A stretch of 47,832 nt of DNA from a virus. Lineage: Duplodnaviria; Caudoviricetes. The notes below the pieces were generated by a model. The model was not told the DNA's origin and searched no databases. It saw nothing but the letters and a program-made list of their open reading frames with translations. Below, piece by piece: positions 46,092 through 47,832 of this stretch. The stretch spans positions 1 to 47,832 of IMG/VR virus record IMGVR_UViG_3300044558_000057; one strand, 5' to 3'. Within the stretch, counting starts at the first letter, position 1; every line of letters starts with the position of its first letter. The position numbers and the translations under genes were made by a program.

Positions 46092-46357
46092 CAAAAAAAC
46101 ATGCCCTCATCATTTTCCGTCAACTTAGCTTCAGCGTCTTAATCGAAGCTGCTTATCGTATCAAAATGTCTCCCTTACTGCCTGCAAATGTTTACCCTCT
46201 TGCCATGTGTGTTTCCGTTTATAACGATATGTACTCTCGAGAGGATGCGGCGAGAATCCGAACAAGAATCGTATATCTCCAGAGGATAGAATGTTGCATC
46301 TTCAGTAATGAGGATGCAACATACATCTGCAACATGGTTCTTTACTAACGCTTTCGC

Positions 46358-46816
46358 TTATTCCAATTTAGAATCCAACACGGCCTCCTCTATGGTCTGT
46401 ACACATCTTCCTGTATCACCCAATACATCCTTGCTCCAAAATCTCAGTACTTTCCAGCCTTTTCCCTTTAGTTCTGCATTCACCTTCAGGTCATGACTCA
46501 TATTGTTTTGAATTTTTTCAAGCCAAAACCCGGGATGATTGCTGTGTTCCAGCTGTTCTCTCAGACTGGTATATTTCCTGCTCTGGTACCCGTCGTTAAA
46601 TCCTTTTCCGTGAAAGAACTCACTGTCCACAAAAATACAGATCCTATACTTGGCAAGAACTATATCCGGTTTCCCGGGAAGTGAATTCACGTTTTTTCTG
46701 TATCGATATCCCTTATGCCACAGAGCTTTTCGGAGAACAATCTCTGCCTTGGTGTCCTTGCTGTGAATGGCCGCCATGTTTTTGCTTCGTGCCTTGGCAG
46801 ACTTAATATCTGCCAT
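46358..46816 (-). CDS. vsr: Very short patch repair endonuclease
   Basis: RSKNMAAIHSKDTKAE, LPGKPDIV, IFVDSEFFHG, GWKVLRFW. Confidence 0.93.
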   Translation of the reverse strand: MADIKSAKARSKNMAAIHSKDTKAEIVLRKALWHKGYRYRKNVNSLPGKPDIVLAKYRICIFVDSEFFHGKGFNDGYQSRKYTSLREQLEHSNHPGFWLEKIQNNMSHDLKVNAELKGKGWKVLRFWSKDVLGDTGRCVQTIEEAVLDSKLE

Positions 46817-46818
46817 CG

Positions 46819-47703
46819 TTAATTGCCCCAGTCATTATAAAAGTTCTGCCTGTCTTCAACCAAGTGTAGAAAATCTCGGACAGAGAACAGCCAGCTCTGC
46901 TGTTTCACAGTGAATGTGGATTGTATGGAGTGAGGTACAACCAGCTGAAGATTCCTGCTAATCATCTCATCGGTTTGGTATTCGCTGATCGCGGCTTCAA
47001 GTGTAATGAGATGCTTCTTTTCAATTCTGTCGGCTTCCTCGAGAACCTGCCTCCACCTGTCCTTTGCTGTTGTCTTGGCACCAAGCATTGTCAGCTTTTC
47101 AGCGGGGTAACTTTCATCCCTGTACATTTCAATACTTGGAAATATGAAATCGGGTTTGGACCTGTTCTCCGTCACTGGAGTATGCGAATATCGGATATTG
47201 TTTGCACGGAATATGGCTTCAAGATTATTCTCGAAGGATAAGCCTGCGCGGGATTTTCTCCTGTTATTGACCGACAGAGAAAAGGCTATAAACCCGTCAA
47301 CGTCAACATTCTCTCCATCCGTAAAGCCCTTCCGGAGGCGTTCCTGAATAATGATTTTCTCCATATTCATGAACAGGGTTTCTTCACGGTCATACCAGAG
47401 TACCAGTGTGCCGTCCGGATCTCCCACAGGATCAGCACCCGAAACCGTAGAACGTGAAAATTCAGAGAACTCCTTGGTAGTCGGAAATGAGTACCCGAAC
47501 CTGTCAATAAGAAGGCCTGTAAAGTCTTCTTCTGTTTGTGGGATCTCAACTCCGATTTTCTGGAGGATCATTCTGGCCGCAAAATCAACCTTTGCCGACG
47601 GAGGATTCGTCAGGTCTGTATTGGCAACAAAGCTGTTAGAATTTTCATCTGGCCTGATATTAAACAGCCAGAACAGCTGATTCTCGATGATGCTTTCTTT
47701 TTT
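46819..47703 (-). pseudogene. EcoRII-C-terminal-family type II restriction endonuclease, 5' part missing or interrupted
   Basis: NRRKSRAG.SFE, KPDFIFP, LGAKTTAKDRWRQV; frame stays open upstream of Met 47571 but hits TAA at 47713-47715 with no start codon. Confidence 0.7.
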
Positions 47704-47832
47704 GGTAAGGCGTTAGTAAGAAAACGGGTTGATAAGCTCCAAAGCATTTTAGCAGAAGTATAAAATATGCCGTTTTGTACATTCTGCTGTACAACGGCCT
47801 TCTCTAACTTGAACTACAATAGTCTTGCCAGG

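Noticed and set aside
46085-46348. 87-aa plus-strand ORF as a Cro-like divergent gene
   Set aside because: TTG start inside the -35 box, no RBS, no HTH
46342-47719. GCGTTAGTAA on opposite strands either side of vsr-REase as transposon ends
   Set aside because: Only 10 bp, facing outward, flanks dissimilar; plausible by chance

Overview
The window holds an almost complete temperate siphovirus-type prophage. Gene families and AGGAGG-type ribosome binding sites suggest a Firmicutes (Clostridia-like) host. Nearly all genes are on the minus strand. Read right to left it contains: a 5'-disrupted EcoRII-family restriction endonuclease and Vsr; an XRE repressor plus ImmA/IrrE protease; a sigma-region-4-like regulator; a replication module (SNF2 helicase, intein-containing family-A polymerase, primase-helicase, iteron-rich putative origin, VRR-NUC); an ArpU/RinA-like late activator; two HNH genes; terS; a ParB-methyltransferase; an accessory small-gene island; terL; HK97-type head; tail; lysis genes; and two large serine recombinases. 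Cargo of note: an 8-repeat zinc-ribbon PD-(D/E)XK nuclease on the opposite strand, a three-gene operon ending in a stand-alone Smr nuclease, and a U32-like enzyme translationally coupled within the tail-tip genes. Non-coding signals found by eye: 7 copies of a 24-bp motif, 3 palindromic operators, 2 matching 55-bp late-promoter elements, 3 repeated promoter cassettes, two -1 frameshift sites, and apparent total avoidance of CCWGG. Family assignments come from motif recognition and synteny; no database search was run.
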